A stretch of 64,000 nt of DNA from an uncultured Candidatus Saccharibacteria bacterium (lineage in GTDB: Bacteria > Patescibacteriota > Minisyncoccia > Phycocordibacterales > Zambryskibacteraceae), in assembly GCA_964509605.1 (NCBI GenBank), contig CAZDXF010000001.1, positions 8,276 through 72,275 on the forward strand. The letters run 5' to 3'. A program made the position numbers and the translations under genes. Below the pieces are notes generated by a model. The model did no database searches and was not told the DNA's origin. It saw nothing but the letters and a program-made list of their open reading frames with translations. Of this stretch, positions 27,930-38,136 are shown piece after piece. Positions within the stretch are counted from its first letter, which is position 1. Each line of letters opens with the position of its first letter.

Positions 27930-28235
27930 ATGAAAGACGAATTTTTTATAGATTTTGTGTGCGACCAGCTAAGCGAGATAAAGAACTTGCAGACAAGAAA
28001 AATGTTTGGAGGGTGGGGTATATACTCTGGAGAGAAATTTTTTGCAATAGTTAGTGATGGTTCTGTTTTTTTCAAAACAGATGCAAAAACTTCTGAAAGA
28101 TATAAAAAGATGGGAATGAAACCTTTCGCTCCAAGCAAAAAACAAATTTTAAAAAACTACTATGAGGTTCCGACAGATATTTTGGAAGATAGAGAGAAAC
28201 TTTTTATTTGGGCAGACGAGAGTATAGAAACTTGA
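27930..28235 (+). CDS. TfoX N-terminal-domain protein
   Basis: MFGGWGIYSGEKFFAIVSDGSVFFK. Confidence 0.6.
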   Translation: MKDEFFIDFVCDQLSEIKNLQTRKMFGGWGIYSGEKFFAIVSDGSVFFKTDAKTSERYKKMGMKPFAPSKKQILKNYYEVPTDILEDREKLFIWADESIET

Positions 28236-28246
28236 CAATACATAAC

Positions 28247-28275
28247 TTGACTAGTTTTATATTTTTATGTAATAT
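28247..28275 (+). promoter_or_regulatory. putative promoter TTGACT-17-TAATAT
   Basis: Lies upstream of SD AAAGGTGGA and the GTG start at 28323. Confidence 0.35.
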
Positions 28276-28322
28276 GTTTTGTGTTGTTCATTTATTTTCC
28301 TTAACTTGAAAGGTGGAAAAGC

Positions 28323-28910
28323 GTGCGATTTTGTACTCTGTTGGGTGATGGAAGCACCGAAGTCGGTGTGGAGTGCCAAGGCAATGCCATTGTCCTTGGC
28401 GAGCGACATGCCTCTGGTATCCAGAGGTACAGACGGATTGGTTTCTGTGAAAACGATAGCCCTCTTGTCTCTGATGAGCGCATCATTTCCGGATTCTTTT
28501 CCGTCAACGGCAGTGTGTGCGTGAGGGGGACTCCGGATCCAAAAACTCCGGAACTTCTTCGCCTCATTCAGATGGAGGACATGTCGATGATTCTGCGAAT
28601 CATCACGCGTCCACCCGAAGTGAATAGCAGTTTCCGGAGAAACGGATTTCTCAAGCTTATCTCCGGCAGAGCGATGGAAATCGCTCGTGCGAATCCGCAG
28701 GACAGGAAGACCTCTCTGTCTTGGATGGATGTCATTCTCGCCATTTCCCCTGGAGCCGTGATCAAGGTTTCGCCTCTGGGGGTAAATGAGGAGAAGGCCT
28801 TCGTCGCTGATTTCAGGACTGGACGTCTTTTCATTCGGCGAGGAAGCACTCTCGTCGAATCAGAGTATGGCCTCGGAAGCCACATCGGCCATATGACCTC
28901 GGTTTCGTAA
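28323..28910 (+). CDS. GC-rich hypothetical protein (195 aa), foreign-looking cassette
   Basis: GTG start with a strong SD. About 55% GC. No recognisable domain. Confidence 0.45.
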   Translation: MRFCTLLGDGSTEVGVECQGNAIVLGERHASGIQRYRRIGFCENDSPLVSDERIISGFFSVNGSVCVRGTPDPKTPELLRLIQMEDMSMILRIITRPPEVNSSFRRNGFLKLISGRAMEIARANPQDRKTSLSWMDVILAISPGAVIKVSPLGVNEEKAFVADFRTGRLFIRRGSTLVESEYGLGSHIGHMTSVS

Positions 28911-28927
28911 GCTGCAGAGTAGGGAAA

Positions 28928-28980
28928 AAGACCCCGTTCGGCTCCATTTCATCGGAGCAGGACGGGGTTTTATATTTTTA
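28928..28980. terminator. bidirectional GC hairpin terminator between convergent genes
   Basis: ACCCCGT...ACGGGGT with T-tracts on both strands. Confidence 0.55.
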
Positions 28981-29308
28981 TTAGATCTATTTTTGAGGCA
29001 AGAATAAAATCATTTTCGGAAAGTCCTCCGATTGCGTGCGTGGAGACTGAAAGTTTTACTTTGTTGTATCCAAACAAAAAAATATCTGGATGATGGCCCT
29101 CGGCTTCTGCAATTTCAGCAACTTTGTTTATAAAATCAATTGCTTGGCGAAAATCTTTGAAAAGAATTATTTTTTCTATAGCTTTATCCTCTACCAACTG
29201 CCATTCATTTACTCTTTGAAGAAAATCTAGATTTTGGGTTTTTGAAAAAGCGGGCACATCTCCTTCGCACGGAACACAATGCTTGTTGTGAAGCTCTTTA
29301 CTCATCAA
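28970..29308 (-). CDS. pterin-4a-carbinolamine dehydratase
   Basis: EGHHPDIFLFGYNKVKLSVSTHAIGGLSENDF. Confidence 0.8.
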   Translation of the reverse strand: MMSKELHNKHCVPCEGDVPAFSKTQNLDFLQRVNEWQLVEDKAIEKIILFKDFRQAIDFINKVAEIAEAEGHHPDIFLFGYNKVKLSVSTHAIGGLSENDFILASKIDLIKI

Positions 29309-30062
29309 TCGGGTTTACTTTGAGACCATTATAGGGGAGAGCGGTTCTTATTGGAGCATTTTTTATCATATCTATGACTTTATTTTCATCATCTGTAATG
29401 GTGTAAAGAGCGACATCTTCCTCGTCTATCATTCCTCTGGACAAGATTTCATCTTTTAACATGCCGTCAATTTTATTCCAATATTCTGAACCGAAAAGCA
29501 CCACAGGTATATTAGGGATCTTTCTTGTTTGAAGAAGCGTGACCACTTCAAAAAATTCATCCAATGTTCCATATCCACCCGGACAGAATATGAAAGCTTC
29601 TGCAGAGAATGTTAGACAAACTTTTCTGCTAAAGAAATAATAAAAATCAACATGCTCTGTTAGGTAGTTGTTCATCACCTGTTCTTTTGGGAGTCTTATT
29701 GTGAGCCCGATAGAATTTCCGCCAACTTCTTTGGCCCCACGGTTTGCTGCTTCCATAATTCCCGGACCACCTCCTGTGATAATCGAAAAACCCGTTTCGT
29801 TTACGATCCTCTTTGCAAGTTCTCTGGTTTTGTCATACCACTCTTCTCCTTCTGCTACTCTGGTGGAGCCGAAGAAAGTGACTGATTTTGGGAATTTTTC
29901 CAAAAATTTGAAACCTTGGGTAAACTCTCTAGATATTTCATATATTCTCTCTTGGGTCGCTTGTTGCATTTCCAAGAGAGTGAGTGTGTGGGCGGGCAAA
30001 TCCTTTTCTATCGGATGTTCCCTTTTTCTTTTTATTTCGTCCATATATCTCAAATTTATCAT
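29298..30062 (-). CDS. LOG-family protein (cytokinin riboside 5'-monophosphate phosphoribohydrolase-like)
   Basis: VTFFGSTR...GGGPGIMEA...PGGYGTLDE. Confidence 0.8.
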   Translation of the reverse strand: MINLRYMDEIKRKREHPIEKDLPAHTLTLLEMQQATQERIYEISREFTQGFKFLEKFPKSVTFFGSTRVAEGEEWYDKTRELAKRIVNETGFSIITGGGPGIMEAANRGAKEVGGNSIGLTIRLPKEQVMNNYLTEHVDFYYFFSRKVCLTFSAEAFIFCPGGYGTLDEFFEVVTLLQTRKIPNIPVVLFGSEYWNKIDGMLKDEILSRGMIDEEDVALYTITDDENKVIDMIKNAPIRTALPYNGLKVNPIDE

Positions 30063-30145
30063 AAAAGCCGACTTTTCAAAACGTACTAAATTTGAGTTTT
30101 CCTTTCAAATTTTGATTTTAGGTTTATAATTGTATATACAAAAAT

Positions 30146-30631
30146 ATGAAAACAATGAATAAAAATCACTGGATAGCTGTTGTTGTCGCTATTCTAGTAG
30201 TTGGCTTCTTCGCTTTTGGCGGAAGTCTTTTTAATGTTTATAAGAATATAGAGCCTCAAGGAACCACTTTTAATAGCCAAGGAGGCACAGCAATAAATAT
30301 GCCAGAACCAGGTTTTATAGTTCAAGATTTAGTAGAAGGTAGTGGGGAAGAAGCAAAAATAGGAGACAGGGTTCTTGTGCATTACATAGGTGCTCTTCCT
30401 TCTGGAGAGGTTTTTGACAGTTCTCTTTATAGAGAGGAGCCGTTTGAATTTATTATCGGAGCGGGCATGGTTATTGAAGGTTGGGAAAAGGGTATTGCTG
30501 GAATGAAGGTGGGTAGTAGAAGAAGATTGGTTATCCCGCCAAATCTTGGGTATGGTGAGCAAGCAATAGGCCCTATTCCTGCAAACTCAACTCTTATTTT
30601 TGAGGTAGAACTTCTCCAAATCGTAAGATAG
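30146..30631 (+). CDS. FKBP-type peptidyl-prolyl cis-trans isomerase
   Basis: VHYIGALPSGEVFDSS...IIGAGMVIEGWEKGIAGMKVG. Confidence 0.85.
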   Translation: MKTMNKNHWIAVVVAILVVGFFAFGGSLFNVYKNIEPQGTTFNSQGGTAINMPEPGFIVQDLVEGSGEEAKIGDRVLVHYIGALPSGEVFDSSLYREEPFEFIIGAGMVIEGWEKGIAGMKVGSRRRLVIPPNLGYGEQAIGPIPANSTLIFEVELLQIVR

Positions 30632-30669
30632 ATTTTAAAAACGCTTTTAATTTGCTAGGGTAGTATCCT

Positions 30670-31887
30670 ATGCAACCGATTTCTTTTTCTATTAAGAAGA
30701 AGCTCGCTTCAAGTTTGGGCAGAGCCGGAGTTTTAGGTACACCTCACGGAGATATTCTTACTCCGGCCTTTGTTCCTGTGGGAACAAAAGCAACAGTAAA
30801 GTCTATTACTCCAGAACAAATAAAAGATTTGGGTGCTCAAGTCGTTTTAGCAAATACATACCATCTCTATCTCCAGCCGGGAGATGAATTGGTGAGTGAT
30901 GCTGGGGGACTGCACAAATTTATGAATTGGGATGGCCCCACAATCACAGACTCAGGGGGTTTCCAAGTTTTTTCACTAGGTGCTGCATATGGAAAAGAGC
31001 TTTCAAAAGTGGTTGCTATTTCAGATCCATCTCTCTTAATTCCGGAAAGAGCGGATGAAACCACCTTGCCAAAATTGGCCAAAATTGGTGCAGACGGTGT
31101 ATCTTTCAAGTCCCACTTAGATGGTTCAATCCACTACATCACTCCGGAGCGCTCAATAGAGATACAGCACAATTTAGGAGCGGATATAATTTTTGCATTT
31201 GATGAATGCATATCTCCCGCAGAAGATTTGAGATATCAAAGAGAGGCACTGGAAAGAACTCACAGATGGGCAGAAAGATGTTTGGATTTTCACAGAACAA
31301 AAGAAAACAAAGATAGGCAAGCGCTTTTTGGAATAGTGCAGGGTGGTAGAAATGAAGATTTAAGAAAAAAGAGCGCAACGATAATTGGTGGAATGGGTTT
31401 TGATGGTTTTGGAATTGGCGGATCTTTTGCAAAAGAAGATATGGGAAGTGCTGTAAAATGGGTAAATGAAGTTTTGCCAGAAGAAAAGCCAAGACATTTA
31501 CTAGGAATTGGGGAGCCGGAAGATTTGTTTATGGGAGTAGAAAATGGTGTAGATCTTTTTGACTGCGTTGCTCCAACCAGAAATGCGCGAAATGGATCTT
31601 TGTATACAAAAGAGGGGAAGATAAATATCACTAATGCAAAATACACAAAAGATTTTTCTCCTATTGAAAAAGATTGTGAATGTTATACATGCAAAAATTA
31701 TTCTAGGAGCTATTTATGCCACTTGTTTAAATCAAAAGAAATGCTCGGGGCGACTCTTGCAACGATTCATAATCTTTATTTCATAGTAAATTTGGTTTCT
31801 AAAATGAGAGAGTCAATTATAGATGGGAGTTTTCTTGAGTTTAAAGAAAGTTTCTTGTTACTGTATTCCAAAAATGAGAGTAAATAA
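30670..31887 (+). CDS. tgt: queuine tRNA-ribosyltransferase
   Basis: TPAFVPVGT, LANTYHL, DSGGFQV, and Zn-site Cys residues CxCxxC. Confidence 0.9.
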   Translation: MQPISFSIKKKLASSLGRAGVLGTPHGDILTPAFVPVGTKATVKSITPEQIKDLGAQVVLANTYHLYLQPGDELVSDAGGLHKFMNWDGPTITDSGGFQVFSLGAAYGKELSKVVAISDPSLLIPERADETTLPKLAKIGADGVSFKSHLDGSIHYITPERSIEIQHNLGADIIFAFDECISPAEDLRYQREALERTHRWAERCLDFHRTKENKDRQALFGIVQGGRNEDLRKKSATIIGGMGFDGFGIGGSFAKEDMGSAVKWVNEVLPEEKPRHLLGIGEPEDLFMGVENGVDLFDCVAPTRNARNGSLYTKEGKINITNAKYTKDFSPIEKDCECYTCKNYSRSYLCHLFKSKEMLGATLATIHNLYFIVNLVSKMRESIIDGSFLEFKESFLLLYSKNESK

Positions 31888-33901
31888 GTTCAAAATTAAA
31901 TCAGAGTTTAAGCCAGCGGGTGATCAGCCGAAAGCCATAAAAGAGCTGGCAGAAGGAATAAAAAAAGGTCTGGGGCACCAGACTCTTTTGGGTGTGACTG
32001 GATCTGGAAAGACATTTACTATTGCCAATGTAATTGAAAAAGTTCAAAAACCCACGCTTGTCATCGCCCACAACAAGACTTTGGCAGCTCAACTTGCTCA
32101 AGAATACAAAGAATTTTTTCCCGAAAACGCAGTGCATTATTTTGTTTCTTATTATGATTATTATCAGCCGGAAGCATACATGCCGGTAACAGATACTTAT
32201 ATTGAAAAAGAAGCTCAAATAAACGAAGAGATTGAAAGACTACGCCATGCTTCTACCCAAGCGCTTCTAACAAGGGGTGATGTAATCGTGGTGGCTTCTG
32301 TTTCTTGTATATATGGATTGGGTAGCCCGATTGAGTATGAAAAGGTAAATTTGAAAATTGCTAAAGGAGACAAAATTTCTCGTCAGGATTTTATAAGGAA
32401 ATTGATAGATATACATTTTGAAAGAACTAATGCTGATTTAACTCCTGGAACTTTTCGTGCACTTGGAAATGCAGTGGAAATAATGCCGGTTTCTGAAAAA
32501 GTGGTTTTCAGAATAGAAATAGAAAATGAAAAGATAAGTAGTATTCAAAAAATAGATTCTGTTTCAAGAATCGTGCTAAAAGATGTTGATGTTTTCTTTC
32601 TCTTTCCTGCAAAACATTTCATAACAGAAAAAAGCGAAGTTGAAAGAGCTTTAAAAAATATTGAAAAAGAACTCAAAGAAAGACTAAAGGTTTTAGAAAA
32701 AGATGGAAAGATTTTAGAAGCCGAAAGACTCAAAAGACGAACCAAATACGATATGGCTCTGATTAGAGAAGTGGGTTATTGCAATGGCATAGAAAACTAT
32801 TCTAGGCATTTTGCCGGCAAGAGCGCTGGAGAACCGCCAGATACGCTTCTCTCATATTTTCCTCATAAAGAAGACGGTAGCCCAGATTTCCTCACGATCA
32901 TAGATGAGTCTCATGTCACAGTTCCTCAAATAGGTGGTATGTACAATGGAGATCAGGCAAGAAAACAGACGCTTGTAGAGCACGGTTTTCGTTTACCCTC
33001 AGCAAAGGACAACAGACCTCTAAAATTTGAAGAGTTTGAGAAAAGAGTGGGGCAAGTTATTTTTACTTCTGCTACTCCAAGTAAGTATGAAGCAGAGAAA
33101 AGTGAAAAAATTGTAGAGCAGGTTATACGACCAACGGGGCTTTTGGATCCGGAAATTTTAGTGAGACCAATTTCAGAAGGTAAAAACTATGGTGGGCAGA
33201 TTTTTGACTTTATTTCAGAAGCTGAAAAAATTATAAAAAAAGGTGGGCGCGCCATTGCCACCACTCTTACAAAGAAAATGGCGGAGGATCTGAGTGATTT
33301 TCTGAAAGAGAAGGGTGTTAAGGCTCAATATCTGCATAGCGATATAAAAACAATAGAGAGAATAGAAATTCTAACCAGTTTTAGAAAAGGAGAATTTGAT
33401 TGTCTGGTTGGTGTAAATCTATTGAGAGAAGGTCTCGATTTACCAGAAGTTTCTTTTATTGGTATTTTAGATGCTGATAAAGAAGGTTTTCTTCGATCAG
33501 AAACTTCTCTTATTCAAATAATTGGCAGAGCCGCTAGAAATGTTGATGGCAAGGTCGCTCTTTATGCCGACAATGTTACCGGTTCAATGGAGAGGGCAAT
33601 AAATGAAACAAACAGGAGAAGAGCTTTACAGATTGCTTACAACAAAAAACACGGTATTACTCCAAGAACAATTATTAAGAAGATTAAAGATATAACAGAA
33701 GAGCTCAACAGAGATCACAAAAAAGCCGTTGAAGCCGAACTTGCTCTTGAAGAGGCGCTTTTCAAAAAGAATCCAAAAAGACTTATTAGACAAAAAGAAT
33801 TGCAGATGAATGCGGCTGTAAAAATTTTAGATTTCGAGTCTGCAGCTATACTACGTGACGAAATTTTAATCTTAAAAGGAAAAATGAAAAGGCACAGGTA
33901 A
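31874..33901 (+). CDS. uvrB: excinuclease ABC subunit B
   Basis: GVTGSGKT, DESH, helicase motifs, and a C-terminal UVR motif. Start reassigned to ATG 31874. Confidence 0.95.
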   Translation: MRVNKFKIKSEFKPAGDQPKAIKELAEGIKKGLGHQTLLGVTGSGKTFTIANVIEKVQKPTLVIAHNKTLAAQLAQEYKEFFPENAVHYFVSYYDYYQPEAYMPVTDTYIEKEAQINEEIERLRHASTQALLTRGDVIVVASVSCIYGLGSPIEYEKVNLKIAKGDKISRQDFIRKLIDIHFERTNADLTPGTFRALGNAVEIMPVSEKVVFRIEIENEKISSIQKIDSVSRIVLKDVDVFFLFPAKHFITEKSEVERALKNIEKELKERLKVLEKDGKILEAERLKRRTKYDMALIREVGYCNGIENYSRHFAGKSAGEPPDTLLSYFPHKEDGSPDFLTIIDESHVTVPQIGGMYNGDQARKQTLVEHGFRLPSAKDNRPLKFEEFEKRVGQVIFTSATPSKYEAEKSEKIVEQVIRPTGLLDPEILVRPISEGKNYGGQIFDFISEAEKIIKKGGRAIATTLTKKMAEDLSDFLKEKGVKAQYLHSDIKTIERIEILTSFRKGEFDCLVGVNLLREGLDLPEVSFIGILDADKEGFLRSETSLIQIIGRAARNVDGKVALYADNVTGSMERAINETNRRRALQIAYNKKHGITPRTIIKKIKDITEELNRDHKKAVEAELALEEALFKKNPKRLIRQKELQMNAAVKILDFESAAILRDEILILKGKMKRHR

Positions 33902-34192
33902 AGTAAAGTAAAAGAAAGACGAAGTCCCGTACACCCCGTGTCTGAGGGGTTGTTCTGGGATGAAACAGCAGCGATTTTGAGAGACGAACTTCTCACTCTT
34001 AAAGAAAGATTGAAAGAAAGAGAGTCTGGTAGTTAGAGATCAGTTTTTGTGTTATCATATCGCTCTATACAACCCCTAAGAGCAATCTGTGGGGCGGTTT
34101 GGCTTTATGAAACAAGACAAAAAAACAGACGACCCTGAACGAAATAACGGTTGCAAGCAACCTATTTCATACGGGGCGAGAATTATTTCAAT

Positions 34193-36796
34193 ATGAGTAA
34201 AGATAACAATAAAAAGCAGGAGGAGAAGATTGTTGTACGGGGAGCGCGTACTCACAATCTGAAAAATATTACGGTTGAAATGCCTAGAAATAAAATGGTT
34301 GTTTTTACTGGTCTTTCGGGTAGCGGAAAGTCTTCCTTGGCGTTTGACACCATTTTCGCCGAAGGACAAAGGAGATATGTAGAATCTCTTTCTTCTTATG
34401 CGCGCCAGTTTTTGCGACAAATGCAAAAGCCTGATGTAGACGAAATAGTCGGTCTTTCACCAGCGATTTCTATAGATCAAAAATCCCGTTCAAACAATCC
34501 TCGTTCTACGGTAGCTACAATTACAGAAATTTATGATTACTTGAGGGTTCTTTTTGCAAGAATTGGCAAACCGCACTGTCTTGTTTGTGGAGAGGAAATA
34601 AAACGCCTTTCAAACGAAGAGATAAAAAATTTTGTGTTGGAAAAAATAAAAGCCGAGAGAAAATTGTTATCAAAAGGAACAAACAAAATTCCTTTTCCTC
34701 ACTTTGTGCAGATTTTTGCTCCTGTCGTGAGAGGAAGAAAAGGCGAATATTACCAACTTCTTTATGATTTGCTTGGCAAGGGGTATTCCGATGTTGTGGT
34801 GGATGGAAATAGAAAAAAACTTCGCGATCAGATAATACTTACAAAAACTAAAAAGCACGATATAGATGTTTTGGTGGACGAAATCGGTCTTGATGAGTTT
34901 ACAAAAGACCCAAAGAACTCTGAAGAAAGACTTTCGGAATCTTTAGAAAGAGCTATACAAGAAGCTGATGGTTTGGTCAGGATTGCTTTTTTTGATTCTA
35001 AAAAAAGAGAAGAAAGAGATTCATTCATAATGTCTTCAAAATTCGCCTGTCCAAATGATGGCTTTTCTTTTCCTGAAGTTGAACCGAGGATGTTTTCTTT
35101 CAACTCTCCGTATGGAGCGTGTCCAGAGTGTAATGGTTTGGGCACAAGACACTTTTTTGGAGATGAGCCTTGTCCTGTTTGCAATGGCGCGCGTCTGCGA
35201 AAAGAAGCTCTTAATGTACTTATAGGAGAAAAGAACATTGTCCAAGTTGTGGCGATGTCCATAAAAGATGCTGATGAATTTTTCAAAAAAGCAAAACTTT
35301 CTGCACGAGATAGAGATATTGCAAAAGTTGTTTTGAAAGAAATAGAATCGCGTCTCAAGTTTATGTTAGATGTCGGAATAGAGTATCTTTCGCTTGATCG
35401 CAGAGCTCACACTCTTTCTGGCGGAGAGGCACAGCGCATAAGACTGGCAAGCCAGCTTGGCTCGGGCCTAGTTGGCGCACTTTATGTTTTGGATGAGCCG
35501 ACAATCGGACTTCATTCCAGAGACAATGACCGTCTTATAAAAACACTGCTTAATTTGCGTGATCTAGGAAACACTATAATTGTGGTAGAACATGATGAGG
35601 ATACAATTTTTTCCTCAGATTATATTGTTGATATTGGTCCGGGAGCAGGTGTCCATGGGGGAGAAATAGTTGTTGCGGACTATCTAGAAGATCTTTTGAC
35701 GGCAAAGAAAAATGTTTCAGGTTCAAGCACTCTTGCGTATCTAAGAGGAGAGGAAAAAATAGAAATTCCAGAGGAAAGGAGGGATACAGACAAAGGGAAA
35801 ATTATCGTAAAAGGCGGAAATATATTCAACATAAAAAATTTAAATGCGGAAATTCCTCTCGGAAAACTTGTCGGAATAACAGGAGTTTCTGGTTCTGGAA
35901 AATCTTCTTTTATGTATGAGATAGTCCACAAAAATCTTCAAGCTCGTTTTGATAGAAGATATCGTTCCGCGGAAGTGTACAATTGCATATCCTTTTCTGG
36001 CACAGAATATTTGGGCCGTTCAATTTTAATAGATCAGTCTCCTATAGGCAGAACACCTCGTTCAAATCCGGCGACATATACGGGTGCTTGGACTTTTATA
36101 AGAGAGCTTTTTGCTGAAACATCGGAAGCTAGAGCTCGCGGGTGGAAGGCAAACAGATTTTCTTTCAATGTGAAAGGCGGGAGATGTGAAGCGTGCCAAG
36201 GGAATGGAGAAATCGCTGTTGAGATGCATTTTTTGCCAACCGTTTATGTGCCTTGCGATATCTGCCAAGGCAAGCGTTTTATGAAAGAAACTTTGGAAGT
36301 CAAATATAAGAAAAAGAGTATTCACGATGTTTTGAAAATGACCGTTGAAGAAGCCCTCAATTTTTTTGAAGATATTCCAGCAATTTATGACAGATTGAAA
36401 ACAATGGATGATGTGGGACTTGGATATCTTGAGCTTGGCCAATCTGCCACAACACTTTCTGGAGGAGAAGCGCAAAGAGTAAAAGTTTCTTCAGAGCTGT
36501 ATAGACCGCATCTACAAAAAACAATTTATCTTTTGGATGAACCAACAATCGGTCTTCATTATGATGATGTTAAGAAACTTATAGAAATACTTCAAAAATT
36601 GGTAGATAAGGGAAATACCGTTGTTGTTATAGAGCACAATATGGATTTTATAAAATCTTGCGATTATATTTTAGATTTTGGTCCAGAAGGCGGGTCGGGT
36701 GGTGGGCAACTTATTGCAAAAGGAAGTCCTGAACAGATTGTAAAAATAGAAAAATCTCATACCGGGAAATATCTGAAAAAAGCTCTGAAAAACTAA
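34193..36796 (+). CDS. uvrA: excinuclease ABC subunit A
   Basis: Two ABC modules (GLSGSGKSS, GVSGSGKSS), LSGGE signatures and zinc fingers. Confidence 0.95.
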   Translation: MSKDNNKKQEEKIVVRGARTHNLKNITVEMPRNKMVVFTGLSGSGKSSLAFDTIFAEGQRRYVESLSSYARQFLRQMQKPDVDEIVGLSPAISIDQKSRSNNPRSTVATITEIYDYLRVLFARIGKPHCLVCGEEIKRLSNEEIKNFVLEKIKAERKLLSKGTNKIPFPHFVQIFAPVVRGRKGEYYQLLYDLLGKGYSDVVVDGNRKKLRDQIILTKTKKHDIDVLVDEIGLDEFTKDPKNSEERLSESLERAIQEADGLVRIAFFDSKKREERDSFIMSSKFACPNDGFSFPEVEPRMFSFNSPYGACPECNGLGTRHFFGDEPCPVCNGARLRKEALNVLIGEKNIVQVVAMSIKDADEFFKKAKLSARDRDIAKVVLKEIESRLKFMLDVGIEYLSLDRRAHTLSGGEAQRIRLASQLGSGLVGALYVLDEPTIGLHSRDNDRLIKTLLNLRDLGNTIIVVEHDEDTIFSSDYIVDIGPGAGVHGGEIVVADYLEDLLTAKKNVSGSSTLAYLRGEEKIEIPEERRDTDKGKIIVKGGNIFNIKNLNAEIPLGKLVGITGVSGSGKSSFMYEIVHKNLQARFDRRYRSAEVYNCISFSGTEYLGRSILIDQSPIGRTPRSNPATYTGAWTFIRELFAETSEARARGWKANRFSFNVKGGRCEACQGNGEIAVEMHFLPTVYVPCDICQGKRFMKETLEVKYKKKSIHDVLKMTVEEALNFFEDIPAIYDRLKTMDDVGLGYLELGQSATTLSGGEAQRVKVSSELYRPHLQKTIYLLDEPTIGLHYDDVKKLIEILQKLVDKGNTVVVIEHNMDFIKSCDYILDFGPEGGSGGGQLIAKGSPEQIVKIEKSHTGKYLKKALKN

Positions 36797-36797
36797 T

Positions 36798-38081
36798 ATG
36801 GATTTAAAAAGATTAAACAAGTTTATCAACACAATCCCTGATTCTCCTGGAGTTTACAAGTTTAAATCTGGGAAAGGCATTCTCTATGTTGGAAAAGCAA
36901 GTTCTTTGAGAGATCGAGTCAGGAGCTATTTCGGGAAAGATTTAATGGGGGCTAGGGGACCGCTTATAGTGCGCATGGTTGAAGAAGCCAAAAGCGTTTA
37001 TTTTGAAAAAACAGACTCTGTTTTAGAAGCTCTTATTCTTGAAGCTTATTTAATAAAGAAACATAAACCCCTATACAACTCCAAGGAAAAAGATGATAAA
37101 AGCTACAATTATGTGGTGATTACAGACGAGGAATTCCCGAGAGTTCTCATAGTTCGAAAAAAGGAATTAGATAATGGCTTGCCCGTCCAAACCGCCTTGC
37201 GATTTGTGGCGGGTCCATTTCCTCATGGAAGTCAGCTTAAAGAAGCTTTAAAAATTATTAGAAAAATATTTCCTTTCCGAGACAAATGTACCCCTCTTCT
37301 AACAACTAAAAACTATAGGCTACAAGGCAAGATAAAGCCTTGTTTTAATCGTCAGATTGGTCTTTGCCCGGGAGTTTGTACTGGAGAAATAGATAAAAAG
37401 GAGTATGAGAGACAGATAAAGAATATAGAATTATTTTTCCAAGGAAAAAAGGATAAGATTTTGAATAATTTGGAAAAAGGAATGAAACTTTTTGCAAAAA
37501 AGAAAGAGTTTGAAAAAGCTGGAGAAATAAAAAAGAAAATTTTTGCCATAAATCATATTCAAGATGTCGCGCTTTTGAAAGATTCTCTAAAAGCTAACAA
37601 CTATAAACCAAAAACTAATTTCAGAATTGAAGCGTATGACATAGCGCATACTGGAGGCAAAGAAACTGTTGGAGTAATGGTGGTTATGGAAAATGGAGAG
37701 TTGAATAATGGTGAATATAGAAAATTTAAGATTCGCGGAGATGGAAAAGACAAAATTGATGATACAAAAAATTTGAAAGAAATTCTTGTAAGACGCCTCG
37801 GTCATGCAGAATGGAATTTACCAAACTTGATTGTGATAGATGGCGGTATTGCTCAAATGAATATTGCTAAAGAAACTTTAAGAGAAAGGAATTTTGATAT
37901 TGAAATTGTTTCTGTTGTAAAAGATGAGAAGCATAAGCCCAGAGAAATTTTAGGGAACAAAGGCAAGGTGAATAGATATGCAAATGATATTCTTTTGATA
38001 AACAATGAAGCACACAGGTTTGCCATTTCTTTTCACAAAAAGAGGAGAGGAGAACAATTTTTGACAAATTTCAAGAAGTGA
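36798..38081 (+). CDS. uvrC: excinuclease ABC subunit C (short form lacking C-terminal HhH)
   Basis: N-terminal GIY-YIG (GVYKFKSGKGILYVGKA), UvrBC-interaction region and an endonuclease domain. 427 aa. Confidence 0.8.
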   Translation: MDLKRLNKFINTIPDSPGVYKFKSGKGILYVGKASSLRDRVRSYFGKDLMGARGPLIVRMVEEAKSVYFEKTDSVLEALILEAYLIKKHKPLYNSKEKDDKSYNYVVITDEEFPRVLIVRKKELDNGLPVQTALRFVAGPFPHGSQLKEALKIIRKIFPFRDKCTPLLTTKNYRLQGKIKPCFNRQIGLCPGVCTGEIDKKEYERQIKNIELFFQGKKDKILNNLEKGMKLFAKKKEFEKAGEIKKKIFAINHIQDVALLKDSLKANNYKPKTNFRIEAYDIAHTGGKETVGVMVVMENGELNNGEYRKFKIRGDGKDKIDDTKNLKEILVRRLGHAEWNLPNLIVIDGGIAQMNIAKETLRERNFDIEIVSVVKDEKHKPREILGNKGKVNRYANDILLINNEAHRFAISFHKKRRGEQFLTNFKK

Positions 38082-38136
38082 TTTTCTTTTTTATAAACAG
38101 TTGACTTTTTAAGTTTAACTCTGATAGAGTGTAGTC

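Noticed and set aside
28301-28885. Two minus-strand ORFs (105 aa + 88 aa) separated only by an in-frame TGA followed by ATG; possible recoded TGA readthrough
   Set aside because: The host clearly uses TGA as a stop (for example the Clp-like gene, ychF region). The products are Arg/Ser/Pro-rich, as expected for antisense of GC-rich DNA. The plus-strand ORF has an SD and a terminator.
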